Source of the DNA: Curvularia clavata | Lineage: Eukaryota | NCBI GenBank assembly: GCA_023920165.1 | Contig: CP089275.1 | Location: forward strand, 4,898,001 to 4,962,000 | Direction: 5' to 3' | DNA length: 64,000 bases | Shown: piece after piece, positions 51,258-63,680 of the stretch | Position numbering within the stretch: the first letter of the stretch is position 1 | Layout: each line of letters begins with the position of its first letter | Notes under the pieces: model-generated | Told to the model about the DNA's origin: nothing | Databases searched by the model: none | Seen by the model: the letters and a program-made list of their open reading frames with translations, nothing else | Made by a program: the position numbers and the translations under genes

Positions 51258-53111
51258 ATGTCAGCCGCTACACAGAAGAAAGACCTATATGTCGGCACAG
51301 ATAAGCATCGATGGTGGAAAGAGGCGGTGGTGTACCAGATCTATCCTGCCTCGTTCCTTGATAGCAATGGCGATGGTTGGGGTGATGTACCAGGCATCAC
51401 ATCCAAGTTGGATTACCTCAAGGATCTCGGCGTCGACGTAATCTGGCTATCGCCAATCTACAAGAGCCCACAGGCCGACATGGGATATGATATTGCCGAT
51501 TACCGGGACATCGATCCTAGCTATGGCACTTTGGCCGATGTCGACAACTTGATCAAGGAAACCAAAAATCGAGGAATGAAACTGGTCATGGATCTAGTTG
51601 TCAACCATACTTCGGAAGAGCACGCATGGTTTCTCGATTCTCGGTCGTCTAAGGACTCGAAGAAAAGAGATTGGTATATCTGGAAGCCAGCAAAATACGA
51701 CGCCGATGGCAATCGCCAGCCGCCAAACAACTGGGCACAAATCTTGGGAGAAGCCAACTCGGCGTGGACCTGGGACGAGAAAACACAGGAGTACTACCTA
51801 TCACTCTTCACACCAGAACAGCCTGATCTGAACTGGGAGAACCCAGATGTTCGTGCCGCCGTTCACGACATTCTTCGCTTCTGGTTGGATCGAGGCATTT
51901 CCGGTTTCCGCATGGATGTCATAAACCTTATTTCCAAAGTTCAGGGTTTCCCCGACGCACCCATTTCCGTCAAAGACGCGAAGTACCAGCCAGGCCACGA
52001 GCACTATGCCAATGGCCCACGGCTACATGAATGGCTCAAGGAACTCCGTCGGGATGTCTTGTCAAAGTACGACACCCTTACCGTCGGCGAAATGCCTTTC
52101 GTTCGCGACGAGGACGAAGTGATCAAGGTCGTAGGCGCCGAAAGCAACGAGCTGAACATGATCTTCAACTTCGACCTCGTCGACATTGACAACATACCCG
52201 GCGACTTCAAGTATACTCTGCATCCATGGGATGCTCGCGACCTCAAAAAGATTGTAAACAGATTGCAGCGTCTGATGCTCGAGCGCGACGGCTGGAACAC
52301 ACTATACGTCGAGAACCACGACCAGCCGCGCAGCGTAAGCCGGTACTGTGACGACAGCGACGAATGGCGCTCATACGGTGCAAAGCTGCTCTGTCTCATG
52401 CAAACTACGCTCGCGGGCACCCTGTATGTGTATCAAGGCGAGGAAATCGGTATGCGCAACATTCCCAAGGAATGGGGGTCAGAAGAATACAAAGACATTG
52501 AAAGCGTCAATTTCTTCAAGAAGTAAGTCGTATATCCCTGATACCTACAGACTCCAGATTCTAACCGAGACTTCTATAGATACCGCGACCTCTACCCCAA
52601 CGACGCCTCTAAGCAAGCCCTCGCTGCAGAAATTATGCAGCGCAAAGCGCGAGATAGTGCACGCACACCCATGCAATGGTCGTCCGCCCCCCAAGCCGGC
52701 TTCACCACCGGTACTCCCTGGATGCGCGTAAACACAGACTATCCAGACATCAATGTCGACGCCCAGCTAGCCAATCCTACCCCTGCTCCTGGCACTCTGT
52801 CTGTGCATGCATTCTGGAAACGTGCGCTGGAGAACCGCAAGCACAATAAGGATGTGTTTGTGTACGGTGACTTTGAAATGCTGGATATGCAACATGAAAA
52901 GATTGTGGCGTTTAGGAGGTGGGGTGAAAGCAAGGCGTTTCTCACGGTGTTGAATTTTAGTGGGGAGACGTTGAGGTGGGAGGGGATGGGGGAGTTGAAG
53001 GTGCAGAAGTGGGTGGCAGGGAATTACGATGAGAGGGAGTTGGAGGGCAGAGCAAAGAGTGGGGTTGTGGAGTTGAGGCCTTGGGAGGGTGTTCTGGGCA
53101 TGCTTGAGTGA
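51258..53111 (+). CDS. GH13 alpha-glucosidase (oligo-1,6-glucosidase/isomaltase-maltase type)
   Basis: WWKEAVVYQIYPASF, DLVVNH, QPDLNW, catalytic GFRMDVIN / TVGEMP / ENHDQ, YQGEEIG, RDSARTPMQW. Intron 52523-52579. Confidence 0.95.
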
Positions 53112-53366
53112 GTGGAGTAAGGATAAGAGAGGATATGTTGTGCAACAGTGTTCAGTGATGTTATAGACTCCACAATTGTTACCTATAGAGGATGCTACAA
53201 CTGTATACTGCCAGCTGAGCACTAGGTAGAATTAGAACATGATTTCCTTTGACATGAAACGACTCTTGCTTAGGGATTGCTACCGTACCAAATCCGGGCT
53301 GCTGAGCACGACACTTCTTACATGACCTGGCCCAAAGTGTTGCTGACATTAAGGCAACAATCTTGC

Positions 53367-55058
53367 TCAGTTCCTCCGGTTATCTCCCTGGTTTCTTTTA
53401 CTTTTACTCTCCACAGTTCCCGTGATCTTCTTCTCAAATACATTAGGGTGGAGCGTCCTACCCGTCTTGTCTCTGAACCGCCAGCTAACCCTGTTCCAGA
53501 CCAGCGAGCAATCTTGCTGCAGTATCCGAGCGATTAAGCGCAGGTCCTCGGCAGAGAAGATATCGTCAGGCTCAAGTTCGATTTCAGCAGGGCTGTTGGA
53601 GGGAGGCTTGGACTTGCTCGTATTGGTGTGGTGCGAGCAGGCTTCAGAGGGTGCTTTGTTGCTACGGCGCGTGCGGGCATCGGAAGGTGCTTTATTGGAG
53701 CGAGAAGCCGATGCGAGTTTGACTGCAGATGGCCACTCTTGTGTGATGTAATTGGACTGTTGATCGGGCGCGTCCCAAGCAGCTGCGATGGCGTCTCCGT
53801 CTGTCTGATCCCAATCGACACCACCGTCCTTGTTGACATCATTCGTCCCGTCCATATCACCCCAGGAGTTGGCGCCATATTTTGCTTGGTTGGCATCACC
53901 AGCATTCGGGAACTCCCAGCCCATAGTCATGGCACCTCCTCCATCGTTCCAGTTGCCCCAACCGCTGGGCTTTTTTTCCTCATCCTGCTTTTCATCAGCA
54001 TTGTCATCGAGTAGACCCCCCACACCGTTGATCCATGGATCATCTGCATCCTCATCCTTTCTGTTTGCATCAGAGCTGTTAGTGTCTTTCTGATCATGAC
54101 TTTTTGCGTCAGTATTCTTGCCCATATCTTTTTTATCCGACTTTTTCTTCGCATCATTGGGTCTCCAGCCGGTAGGCATGATCACCTTCCATCGTTCTTT
54201 ACACTCTTTCGCGGGCTTGCCAACATTTATCGCAATTGTATCCCAAGCGATGTTTCCATTTTCAGTCTTCATCTGCAACATCCTCTCGTCTTGCTCTTTG
54301 GTCCATGCGTTTGAATCATCGGGCTTCTTTGTGTCGTCTTTTGCCGATTCCGCAGTGTCAGAGGCTCCTACCTGACTGCCAACAATGGACGTCTTTTCTT
54401 GTTCTCCGGATTTGACTTCGCTTGTCCCGTTTTTCTTCTCGTCCTGTTTGGTTTCCATATCAGTAGCAACCACTTGTGGCCCCCAAAGATCAGCCACATC
54501 TCCTGAGTTGCTGGCTTTTCCGATGCCACTAGCTGCCTTCTGAGATACTTTTGCTGAACCGTCGCCACCCCACGGCGTGTCTCCCCAATTATATTCCTTA
54601 TTGCTGGGCACTTTCTTCGAAACCGACTTGTTAGAACCCTTCTTCTCTTCGGTGTACCCTGGATTGCCGTAATCCCATTCATATACCAGATTGTTGACGG
54701 GCTTGGTAGAAGTAGCCTTCTTTGAGGCGGCTTTGGTGTCGGTTGGAGCCTTCGCTGATCGTGTGTTGGAGGGCACTTTTGCAAGGGTAGCTGCGGTCAA
54801 TCGCGGCTTGCCGGTTCCAGTGAGTGTGCCCTTGCGTCCGTCGCTTGCTGTCCATTCCACTATACCTCCCGGGCTAGCAACCTGCATCAATTAGAATCGC
54901 AAGCAAATATACAATGCACGGCGGCTTACCAACTCGGTCAGCTGACTTGGTCTTCTAGGGCGTGGGGGTGAGGGCGGCTTTGGGTCTTTGAAGGGCTTGT
55001 CGCTGAAACCAAGAATGTAGCCTAGCGATACCCTCCGAGGAGGGCCGGGAGTAGGCAT
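53367..55058 (-). CDS. Myb/SANT-like domain protein, largely disordered
   Basis: Exon 1 MPTPGPPRRVSLGYILG..LTEL (55058-54930) and intron 54882-54929 join the long ORF. Myb-like WTKEQDERML..W..IA..VGK..KECKERW; second helical motif FSAEDLRLIARIL..W..VSWRFRDKTGR. Confidence 0.72.
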
Positions 55059-56266
55059 GGTGCGCATACAAATGGAAGGTCAAATGCGATGTTGCCGGCT
55101 TTGAGGTCATTCGCTAGAGCAATTCGAGCGGAGGCAAGAAACTGGGATATCATAAGAATGACTATGAGTGCTAGCCGAAAGAGAAGGCAATGATGAAAGT
55201 GAACCAGACTAACCCGAAACAGCAAGTACGCATGTTGAGTGAATGCACCCAGGTCGCAGTTGCCTTGACAACATCGAGCACAGCATGTGTTTGATGATAA
55301 ACGAGTGAGACGAGAATCAGTAATGTTCGATATGCTGGCAAACGGGCTCAAATGCGAAGATATACGGATGTGCAATCCCTGCTGAACATTCCTTGTAAAA
55401 GGTTATGAGGCTCTCCTACATTAATAAGAAGCTCTGCAGGGATCAGAAAGATTCTATGAGACCATACGAAGGGACGTGGTAATTGGATAGCACTGAGGCT
55501 CAAGTGGTGACCGGGGCGCCCCGTATTTTGATGAAGACAAGATGGCTCACAGCCAAGGCGACCGTCAGCCAGCAACATGGAACATCTCGCAAGTCGCCTG
55601 GGTTCTCGTTCTCTGGATATGCAGTACCTTGGAAGGGGAGGCATATGAAGTAAATGTTGTGGATGCCAGCCACACCATTATATGCAATTACAGGAGTTAC
55701 TGGGATCGAAAGAGCTGATTACGGTATCACATAAAAGAAGACCTGTCCTTAGACCTAGCAGTGCTGTAACATATGCAGGCAAACCCTTTGAGTCAGACAA
55801 CTTTGTGATTGGTAGTAGCGGGATCATCGCACACATCATTAGCCCGCCCTATCAAGGTACCTATCAGCACCAGGCTGTTTAAAAACAATTCAATTTGGCA
55901 AACTACTACCGGTGGAGGTGATTATTGCAGTGGCTAACAATAATGACCGGCAAGGCGCTTCCCAAGGATACCGGGGGATACAGGTAGGTGATTCGAGATA
56001 GTGTAACCTTAGTTACAAAAGCGCGATGCCTATTACTAGAGTATCCGATAAATAAGAGAAGGTAGGTTTATCTCACTTGCCAGATGCAGCACACGTGACA
56101 TTATACACACGTGATAGGGTAGTTATGGGGAACCCTGCTGACTAACAGGAGCGCTAGTGTTCTGGGCCCTGGGATTGCGGGCAAGCTGGCATCTCCGTGT
56201 GTGTACTTGGCGCTTCTCTAAGTCCAACCTCAAGCACGACAGAGCAGCACGACAATACCTGCAAAT

Positions 56267-57060
56267 ATGCTGTTTCCGTCCTTTGCCATTCTCGCTGCGG
56301 CGAGCAGTCTGCTGTCCTTTGCGACGGCGCACAACATCCAGATGAAGGCTCACCAGCGCGAATGCTTCCATGAGCAGCTACACAAGGGCGATAAAATGAC
56401 AGTCACCTTCCAAGTCGGCGACCGGGAATTTGGCGGCAGCGGCAACTTGGAGATTGATTTCTGGGTGCGTGAATAGGAACCTGAGGCTTGTGTGAAATCA
56501 ATGGCCGCAATGGCGGTACTAATCCAACTTCGCAGATTGAAACTCCCTCTCGCAGCTACCAAGTTCACGAGCGCGGCGTATCCAATGGTGATCACTCCTT
56601 CGACGCGACTGAAGACGGAAAGTACACGTACTGCTTCAACAACGAACACTGGGGCGCCAACACCAAAGAGGTCTCGTTTAACGTCCACGGCATTGTCTAC
56701 GTCCCCGAATCGGAAGCCCCGCAAGATCCTTTGGAGAAGGAGGGTGAGGATGTCTGAATCAGAATTGGAAAAGAAATGCGCTAATTGTAGCAGTTCGTCA
56801 GATGTCTGATCTCGTAGCGCAGGTAAAGGATGAGCAGAGTTATATTATCGTTCGTGAGAGGGTACACAGGAACACGGCTGAGAGCACCAACTCGCGCATC
56901 AAGTGGTGGAGCATCTTCCAACTCACAGTATTGGTTGGTCAGGGCTTCTTCCAAGTGTGGTGGTTAAAGCGATTCTTCGAGGTTAGTGGCACCCCGAGAT
57001 TCGTAGTCAAATTCTCTGGTCGCTCTACTAACATACCCCTAGGTCAAGCGTGTTGTGTAA
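56267..57060 (+). CDS. EMP24: p24/GOLD family COPII cargo receptor, Emp24
   Basis: Signal peptide, RECFHEQL, GKYTYCF.N, KEVSFNVHG, RERVHRNTAESTNSR.KWWS, LKRFFEVKRVV. Introns 56465-56535, 56744-56793, 56982-57042. Confidence 0.93.
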
Positions 57061-57815
57061 AATTTGTTTCTCCTAGGAAGCTTCGAAATATTGTGCGACA
57101 GGATATGCTGCTTGTATCCAGCTGCATAACCCTGCATTTTGGCTTGTCTGTTCGGCGTTGAAATGTATGCTTGTAAAGTCCGATATAGGAAAAGATGGAG
57201 TATGGTAGAAATTACATGATGGTCCGCAGGATGGGGGACTGGGTAAGGTCAAATGCGCGTATGCATACTATTTCAATATTTCCTACTTTGCAGTTCAACC
57301 CCAGTCAATGAGTCTTCCTCCTTCAGTCTGAAGAGCTTGGTATTTGTCAGAGACGTTTCGTTGGTCAGCTAGAATAACAGGCTAGTCTTCTTGCACGGGC
57401 ATTTATTTGAGTGGCTGATGATAGTGAGTGGCAAGAAAGACGTATTGCGAATTGCGCATTGTAAGCCAGAATCGCTGCTGAGCTGATTGCATGTGCCAAG
57501 ACCAAAGTGGGATGGCGCTAGTGGGGAGCTCCAGCACCTTCGCTGTGACAAGTACTCACGTAATAACAACGGCTGCCTGCTGTTTCTTCAGCACTTCCTT
57601 TTCCTCCCGTTTACACCATCCTACTCAACAGCACTGCAAACCAGTTGATCTCGTTTGTTTACACTCCCGACCATACACACCACTTAGTACCCCGCGATAG
57701 TCAAGGCGCCCGCGATTGCCACACTTGACAGCCTCTAGGCTTCGCAACAGTCGGCAAACTGGGGAAGAGGCAACAGACCGGCGAGGACGCTCGTCCCAAC
57801 AAGAAAGAAAAGGTT

Positions 57816-60800
57816 ATGACAGTGAGTGTGCCTCGAATCTTGGTATCAAAGCACTTTGCGCGTCTTCAGCCTCCGCTCGCCTGATAAACTCTACGTATGT
57901 TTAGTGCTAACATGGAGAAGGAAAAGATGCAGGTTGACAGCCCTGCTACTGCCGTTGAGCAGCTCAAAGAGGCCTCTGGCAACAATGGCGATATTGATGA
58001 GTCTCTATACAGCAGACAGCTGTACGTGTTGGGCCACGAGGCCATGAAGCGCATGGGCTCGTCCAACGTCCTTGTCGCTGGTCTGCGAGGTCTCGGTGTC
58101 GAGATCGCAAAGAACATTGCACTTGCTGGTGTCAAATCACTAACACTCTACGACCCCAAGCCCGCCGCGCTCGCCGACTTATCTTCACAGTTCTTCCTTA
58201 CGCCCGACGATGTAGGAAAGCCGCGCGCCTCCGTTACCGTACCCCGCGTTTCAGAGCTGAACCCATACACACCTGTCCAGGAATTCACTGGGAAGGATCT
58301 GACATCGGACTTGTCGCAGTTGAAACAATTCCAGGTCGTAGTCCTCACCGACACTCCACTAGATGACCAGATCAAGATTGCCGACTACTGCCACGACAAC
58401 GGCATTTACATTGTTATTACGGATACATATGGTCTTTTTGGTAGCATTTTTACCGATTTCGGCAAGAACTTCACTGTTGGCGATCCCACCGGCGAGAATG
58501 TCACCAACGGTATCATTGCGGGTATCGATGAGGAGGGTATTGTATCGGCATTGGACGAGACAAGGCACGGCCTCGAGGATGGCGACTGGGTCACCTTTTC
58601 CGAAGTTGAGGGCATGGAAGCTCTGAACGGCTGTGCACCTCGCAAGGTAGAAGTCAAGGGACCGTATACCTTCTCGATTGGAGATGTGTCGGGGCTCGGA
58701 GAGTACAAGAAGGGAGGTCAGTTCATTCAAGTCAAGATGCCTAAGATCATCAACTTCGAATCTTTCAGCCAGCAGCTGAAGAAGCCCGAGCTTCTCATTT
58801 CCGACTTTGCAAAGTTCGACCGACCGCAACAACTGCATGTTGGTATTCAAGCCCTGCACAAGTTTGCAAAACTCCACAAAGGCGAATTCCCCCGCCCTCA
58901 TCACGAGGCTGATGCGACAGAGCTATTGAAGATTGCGCAAGAGATTGCAGGCGAAGGTGAAGAGAAGGTCGAGCTGGACGAGAAGCTCATCAAGGAACTC
59001 AGTTATCAAGCTCGTGGTGACCTCAGTCCTGTAGCTGCTTTCTTCGGTGGAATGGCCGCGCAGGAGGTGCTGAAGTCTGTGTCTGGAAAATTCCACCCTA
59101 TCGTGCAATTCCTCTATTTCGACTCTCTAGAGTCACTACCTACTTCAACGACTCGTTCGGAAGAGCAGTGCGCCCCGATTGGTTCACGTTACGACGGCCA
59201 GATTGCAGTACTGGGTCAGGAGTACCAGAAGAAGCTCAGCAATGTGAAGCAGTTCCTGGTTGGTGCGGGTGCTATTGGTTGTGAGATGCTCAAGAACTGG
59301 GCCATGATGGGTTTGGCTACTGGTCCTGAGGGCAAGATTACTGTAACCGACAATGACCAGATTGAGAAGAGCAACTTGAACCGTCAGTTCTTGTTCAGGC
59401 CTGCAGATGTCGGCAAGCTAAAGAGCGACGCTGCGGCAAAGGCAGTGCAGGTCATGAACCCTGATCTGAAGGGAAAGATTGTTACCCTATCGGAAAAGGT
59501 TGGCCCCGAAACCGAGCATGTCTTCAACGAGGATTTCTGGAACTCGCTGGACGGTGTGACTAACGCGCTTGACAACGTGGAAGCGCGCACGTATGTCGAC
59601 CGACGATGTGTCTTCTTCCGCAAGCCTCTGCTCGACAGTGGTACTCTCGGCACCAAGGGCAATACCCAGGTTGTCCTGCCCTTCATCACTGAATCTTACT
59701 CTTCGTCACAAGATCCACCAGAGAAGTCATTCCCTATGTGCACATTGAGGAGTTTCCCCAATCGCATTGAGCATACCATTGCCTGGGCACGAGAGTCGTT
59801 CGATTCGCTATTTGTGAAGGGACCCGAAATTGTCAATCTGTACCTGACGCAACCCGACTATCTTGGCGCGTCCCTGAAGCAATCCGGCAACGAGAAGCAG
59901 ACACTGGAGACTCTTCGGGATTTCCTGGTTACTGAGAAGCCGCTCACCTTTGATGACTGCATCATCTGGGCTCGTCACCAGTTCGAGAAGAACTATAACC
60001 ACGCGATCGCGCAGCTTCTATACAATTTCCCCAAGGATTCCAAGACCGGATCTGGCCAGCCATTCTGGTCAGGACCGAAGCGTGCACCTGACCCAACCAA
60101 GTTTGATGCCTCTAACCCCACTCACTTCACCTATGTTGAGGCTGCCGCCACCCTGCATGCCTTCAACTACGGTATCAAGCCAAACGCATCTCGCGAGCAC
60201 TACCTGGAGGTTCTCAACGACATGATTGTCCCTGACTTCCAACCCGACCCTACTGTGAAGATTCAGGCAGACGAGAAGGAGCCGGATCCAAACGCTAACC
60301 AATCTTCTGGAGATGATAGCGACGCGCTCAACAACATCATCAAGCAGTTGCCTGATCCAAAGTCTTTGGCCGGGTTCAAACTCGAGCCCGTCGAGTTTGA
60401 GAAGGATGATGATACTAACCACCACATTGATTTCATCACTGCAGCTAGCAACCTTCGTGCCGAGAACTACAAGATTGAGCAGGCGGATCGCCACAAGACC
60501 AAGTTTATTGCCGGCAAGATTATTCCTGCTATCGCCACAACGACGGCGCTTGTTACGGGTCTTGTCAACCTTGAGTTGTACAAGATCATTGATGGCAAGA
60601 CGGATATTGAACAATACAAGAATGGCTTCATCAACCTGGCGCTGCCCTTCTTTGGGTTCAGTGAGCCAATAGCTAGCCCGAAGGGAACATACCAGGGCCA
60701 CGACGGTGAAGTCACAATTGACAAGCTGTGGGATCGCTTTGAGGTCGACGACATTACTCTCAAGGATTTCGTTGACCACTTTGAGAAGAAGGGCCTGTCA

Positions 60801-61071
60801 ATCCAGATGATCAGCTCGGGGGTCAGCCTGCTGTATGCATCCTTCTACCCTCCTTCGAAGCTGAAGGACAGGATGCCTCTGACGTAAGTTACATTTACCT
60901 TTGTTGCTGATGTTTGATACTAATACATTGCACAGAATGAGCAAGCTCGTGGAACACGTTAGCAAGAAGCCCATCCCGGACCATCAGAAGAACGTCATCT
61001 TTGAGATTACAGCAGAGGACCAGAAGGAAGAAGATGTTGAGATACCTTATGTGATGGTCAAGCTCAAGTAA
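57816..61071 (+). CDS. UBA1: Ubiquitin-activating enzyme E1
   Basis: [32 protein letters not shown], catalytic [27 protein letters not shown]. Two-codon first coding exon ATG ACA|GTGAGT (donor 57822, branch CTAAC 57907-57911, in-frame acceptor 57920 or 57932). Last intron 60884-60935; TAA 61069-61071. Confidence 0.96.
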
Positions 61072-61388
61072 GAGTGTGACTGGTTCAACTTGGGCTCGTG
61101 ATGCAATGAACTCTGGGCTGGCTTGGAGCGACGTATGAAATAGATGAGCATAGTTTACATGAATAGATGTCATACTCTGATAATTGGTATTTATTATCTG
61201 TGAAAAGAGCATCGTTGGTTAGTTATGCCTATTGTGGTGATTGGTGCCGAATGTCGGATGAGTCGAGGGGCAAAAATGCCAAGAAGTGCAGCGGTGTCGC
61301 GGGAGTTGATTATCAAGCGTCTCTGGTACTTTTCTCCAGCACGCAACAATGTAGACTTTACACGCATATTGCCACAACTCCAAGAGAA

Positions 61389-62482
61389 ATGGCGCCGTCA
61401 CTAGAAGAGCCTGTGCAGGTGGATTTTGAAGCGCCGCTCAAAGCAGCGCCCAAGTTGGTTGCGCCTGAGCCAGGTAGGTTTGCCCCACCACAGCGCTGGC
61501 GACTGTAGCAGAGCAGACGACTAACACATAGCCCACAGAGCACTGCCCTGGGCCCGAATCTGCTACAGCAGGCAAAGCAGACTCGTGCGCAGGATGTCCG
61601 AATCAGGCTATTTGCGCATCCGCGCCCAAAGGACCCGATCCAGATATTCCCCTCATAACCGCACGCCTCTCGTCAGTCAGGCACAAGATATTAGTTCTGT
61701 CTGGTAAAGGCGGCGTGGGAAAATCAACCTTCAGCACGATGCTGTCGCACGGCTTTGCCTCGAACCCACAATCTACAGTCGGTCTCATGGACACGGACAT
61801 TTGCGGGCCGAGCATACCCAAGATGATGGGGGTAGAGGAAGAAACGATTCACGTCAGCGGCGAAGGGTGGGAGCCCGTGTGGGTGAGCGAGAACCTAGGC
61901 GTCATGAGCGTGCAGTTTATGCTGCCGAACCGCGATGACGCTGTTATCTGGCGAGGGGCAAAGAAGAACGGATTGATTAAAAAGTTCCTCATGGACGTTA
62001 CATGGGGGGAGCTTGACTTTCTCATCGTGGACACACCACCTGGTACATCGGACGAGCATCTCTCAGTCAATTCGTTTCTCAAGGCGTCCGGTGTCGATGG
62101 GGCGGTGCTCGTATCGACGCCGCAGGAAGTGGCGCTGCTGGACGTAAGAAAGGAAATTGATTTCTGTCGTAAAGCTGGCATACCTATTCTGGGTATCGTG
62201 GAGAATATGAGCGGCTTCGTGTGTCCGGGGTGCAAGCATGAGAGCCAGATTTTCAGAGCGAGTACAGGTGGTGCAGCGAGGTTGGCAAAGGATGAGAATA
62301 TTCCGTATCTGGGGGCCGTACCGCTGGATCCCAGGATTGGAATGGCGTGTGATTTTGGAGAGAGCTTTTTGACAGCATACCCTGATAGTCCGGCGTGTAA
62401 GGCTATCCAGGAGGTGGTGAGGAGGGTAGGGGAGCAGATGGGGTTGGGGAGGGATGAGGTGCTGCCGGTGGAGGATGAGTAA
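61389..62482 (+). CDS. NBP35: Cytosolic Fe-S cluster assembly factor Nbp35
   Basis: N-terminal four-Cys [19 protein letters not shown] (across intron 61474-61538), P-loop [39 protein letters not shown]. Confidence 0.96.
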
Positions 62483-63526
62483 GATGAATGGAACGGCGTC
62501 TAGTGAGTAGACGCTGGGGTTGACGAAACAGCATGTGCTCAATTGCATAGCCGGTAGCGTTGTTTACAGGGAATCTTTCTGGCCGCTTTGGCCTGCATTT
62601 TGGTCCAATCTCAAGTCAAATAAATGAACATGTTACCTATGTTTAATAAACGCAATGCATGCCAAACGCACGTCGTGTATCAGCCCACTCTGTCAATGCG
62701 TGATTGACATTTACAAGCGCATCCGCATGCAAGGCTTACGAAAACCGTTCACGCAATCCCATGGCAGATCGCCATTTTGAAACACGATTCACAGTCTTGG
62801 AGAGCTCAGCTGCTTGTGTTTGGCAGCGGTGGCTGAATGGGAGATTGCAGAGTGGATCAGAGCCACAATTACACCGCCACTCAACGTGCGTCATTGCACC
62901 TGCCCTGCCCTGCCATGCGGGAAACATGCTCCTGCTTTTGTGAACAAGGGAAGGCACAAACCCGTCGCATTAGCGTGCCCTTGTGCGAATGCGAAGCTTT
63001 GCCCAAGAAAGGTGTCATGAGCTCATAGATGTCGCCCGTGTCGATGGTAGCTCAGGTTCCCGCGTCGATGACCCTTTAATCGCGAAGATCGCATCTGCAG
63101 CTATGCTTTGGTACACAAGAATGGTTCGAGCATGGCCAGGACTCTTCCCCACCCACCCCGGCTTAGCGGCACCGTCATCCCTGCTTGTCTCTGTGCTCAT
63201 CCCTCACTACTGGCACAACACACAACTTTCTGGGACTTGAAGGCCTGTCGAGGCGTACATGCCTTTGCGCCCCCTCCCAGCCTCTTTCCTTCTCTTCTCT
63301 TCCCCTCTGCCCTCAAAAACACGTGCAACCTGTCCGGCCCCCTAATATACCCACCCAAACTTAATTTCTGTGGTTGCTGTGTCTTTTGCTTTTGCGTTTC
63401 GCCCGCCTCCAATTGCATCGTCCGCGACGGAGCTACCTACCGCTACTATTACCCCCTCGTGTCGCGCGCGCATTCCCCATCTGCGCCCAGAGCTGCGGCT
63501 TATCCCAACCTCAGCCCATTGCCATT

Positions 63527-63574
63527 GTGAGTCCAATGCCTGTCCCAGCGTCAACCTGCGTCTGCTAACTGCAG
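63527..63574 (+). other. Probable 5'-UTR intron of the downstream gene
   Basis: GTGAGT donor at 63527, GCTAAC branch at 63564-63569, TGCAG acceptor ending 63574; 48 nt. Confidence 0.6.
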
Positions 63575-63680
63575 TCCTAAAGGCACCGTTGCGTTCCCTT
63601 TGACGCGCTTGCGCAGAGCCTACTAGTTTGTTTTCAATTGCACCAGGCGGAGCCGTAAATCACGACCGGAAACTTGCGCT

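Noticed and set aside
61167..61388. In-frame upstream ATGs extending NBP35
   Set aside because: They lie in the short gap after UBA1, probably its 3' UTR or the NBP35 promoter. MAPSLEE at 61389 is the typical start and the extension shows no signal.
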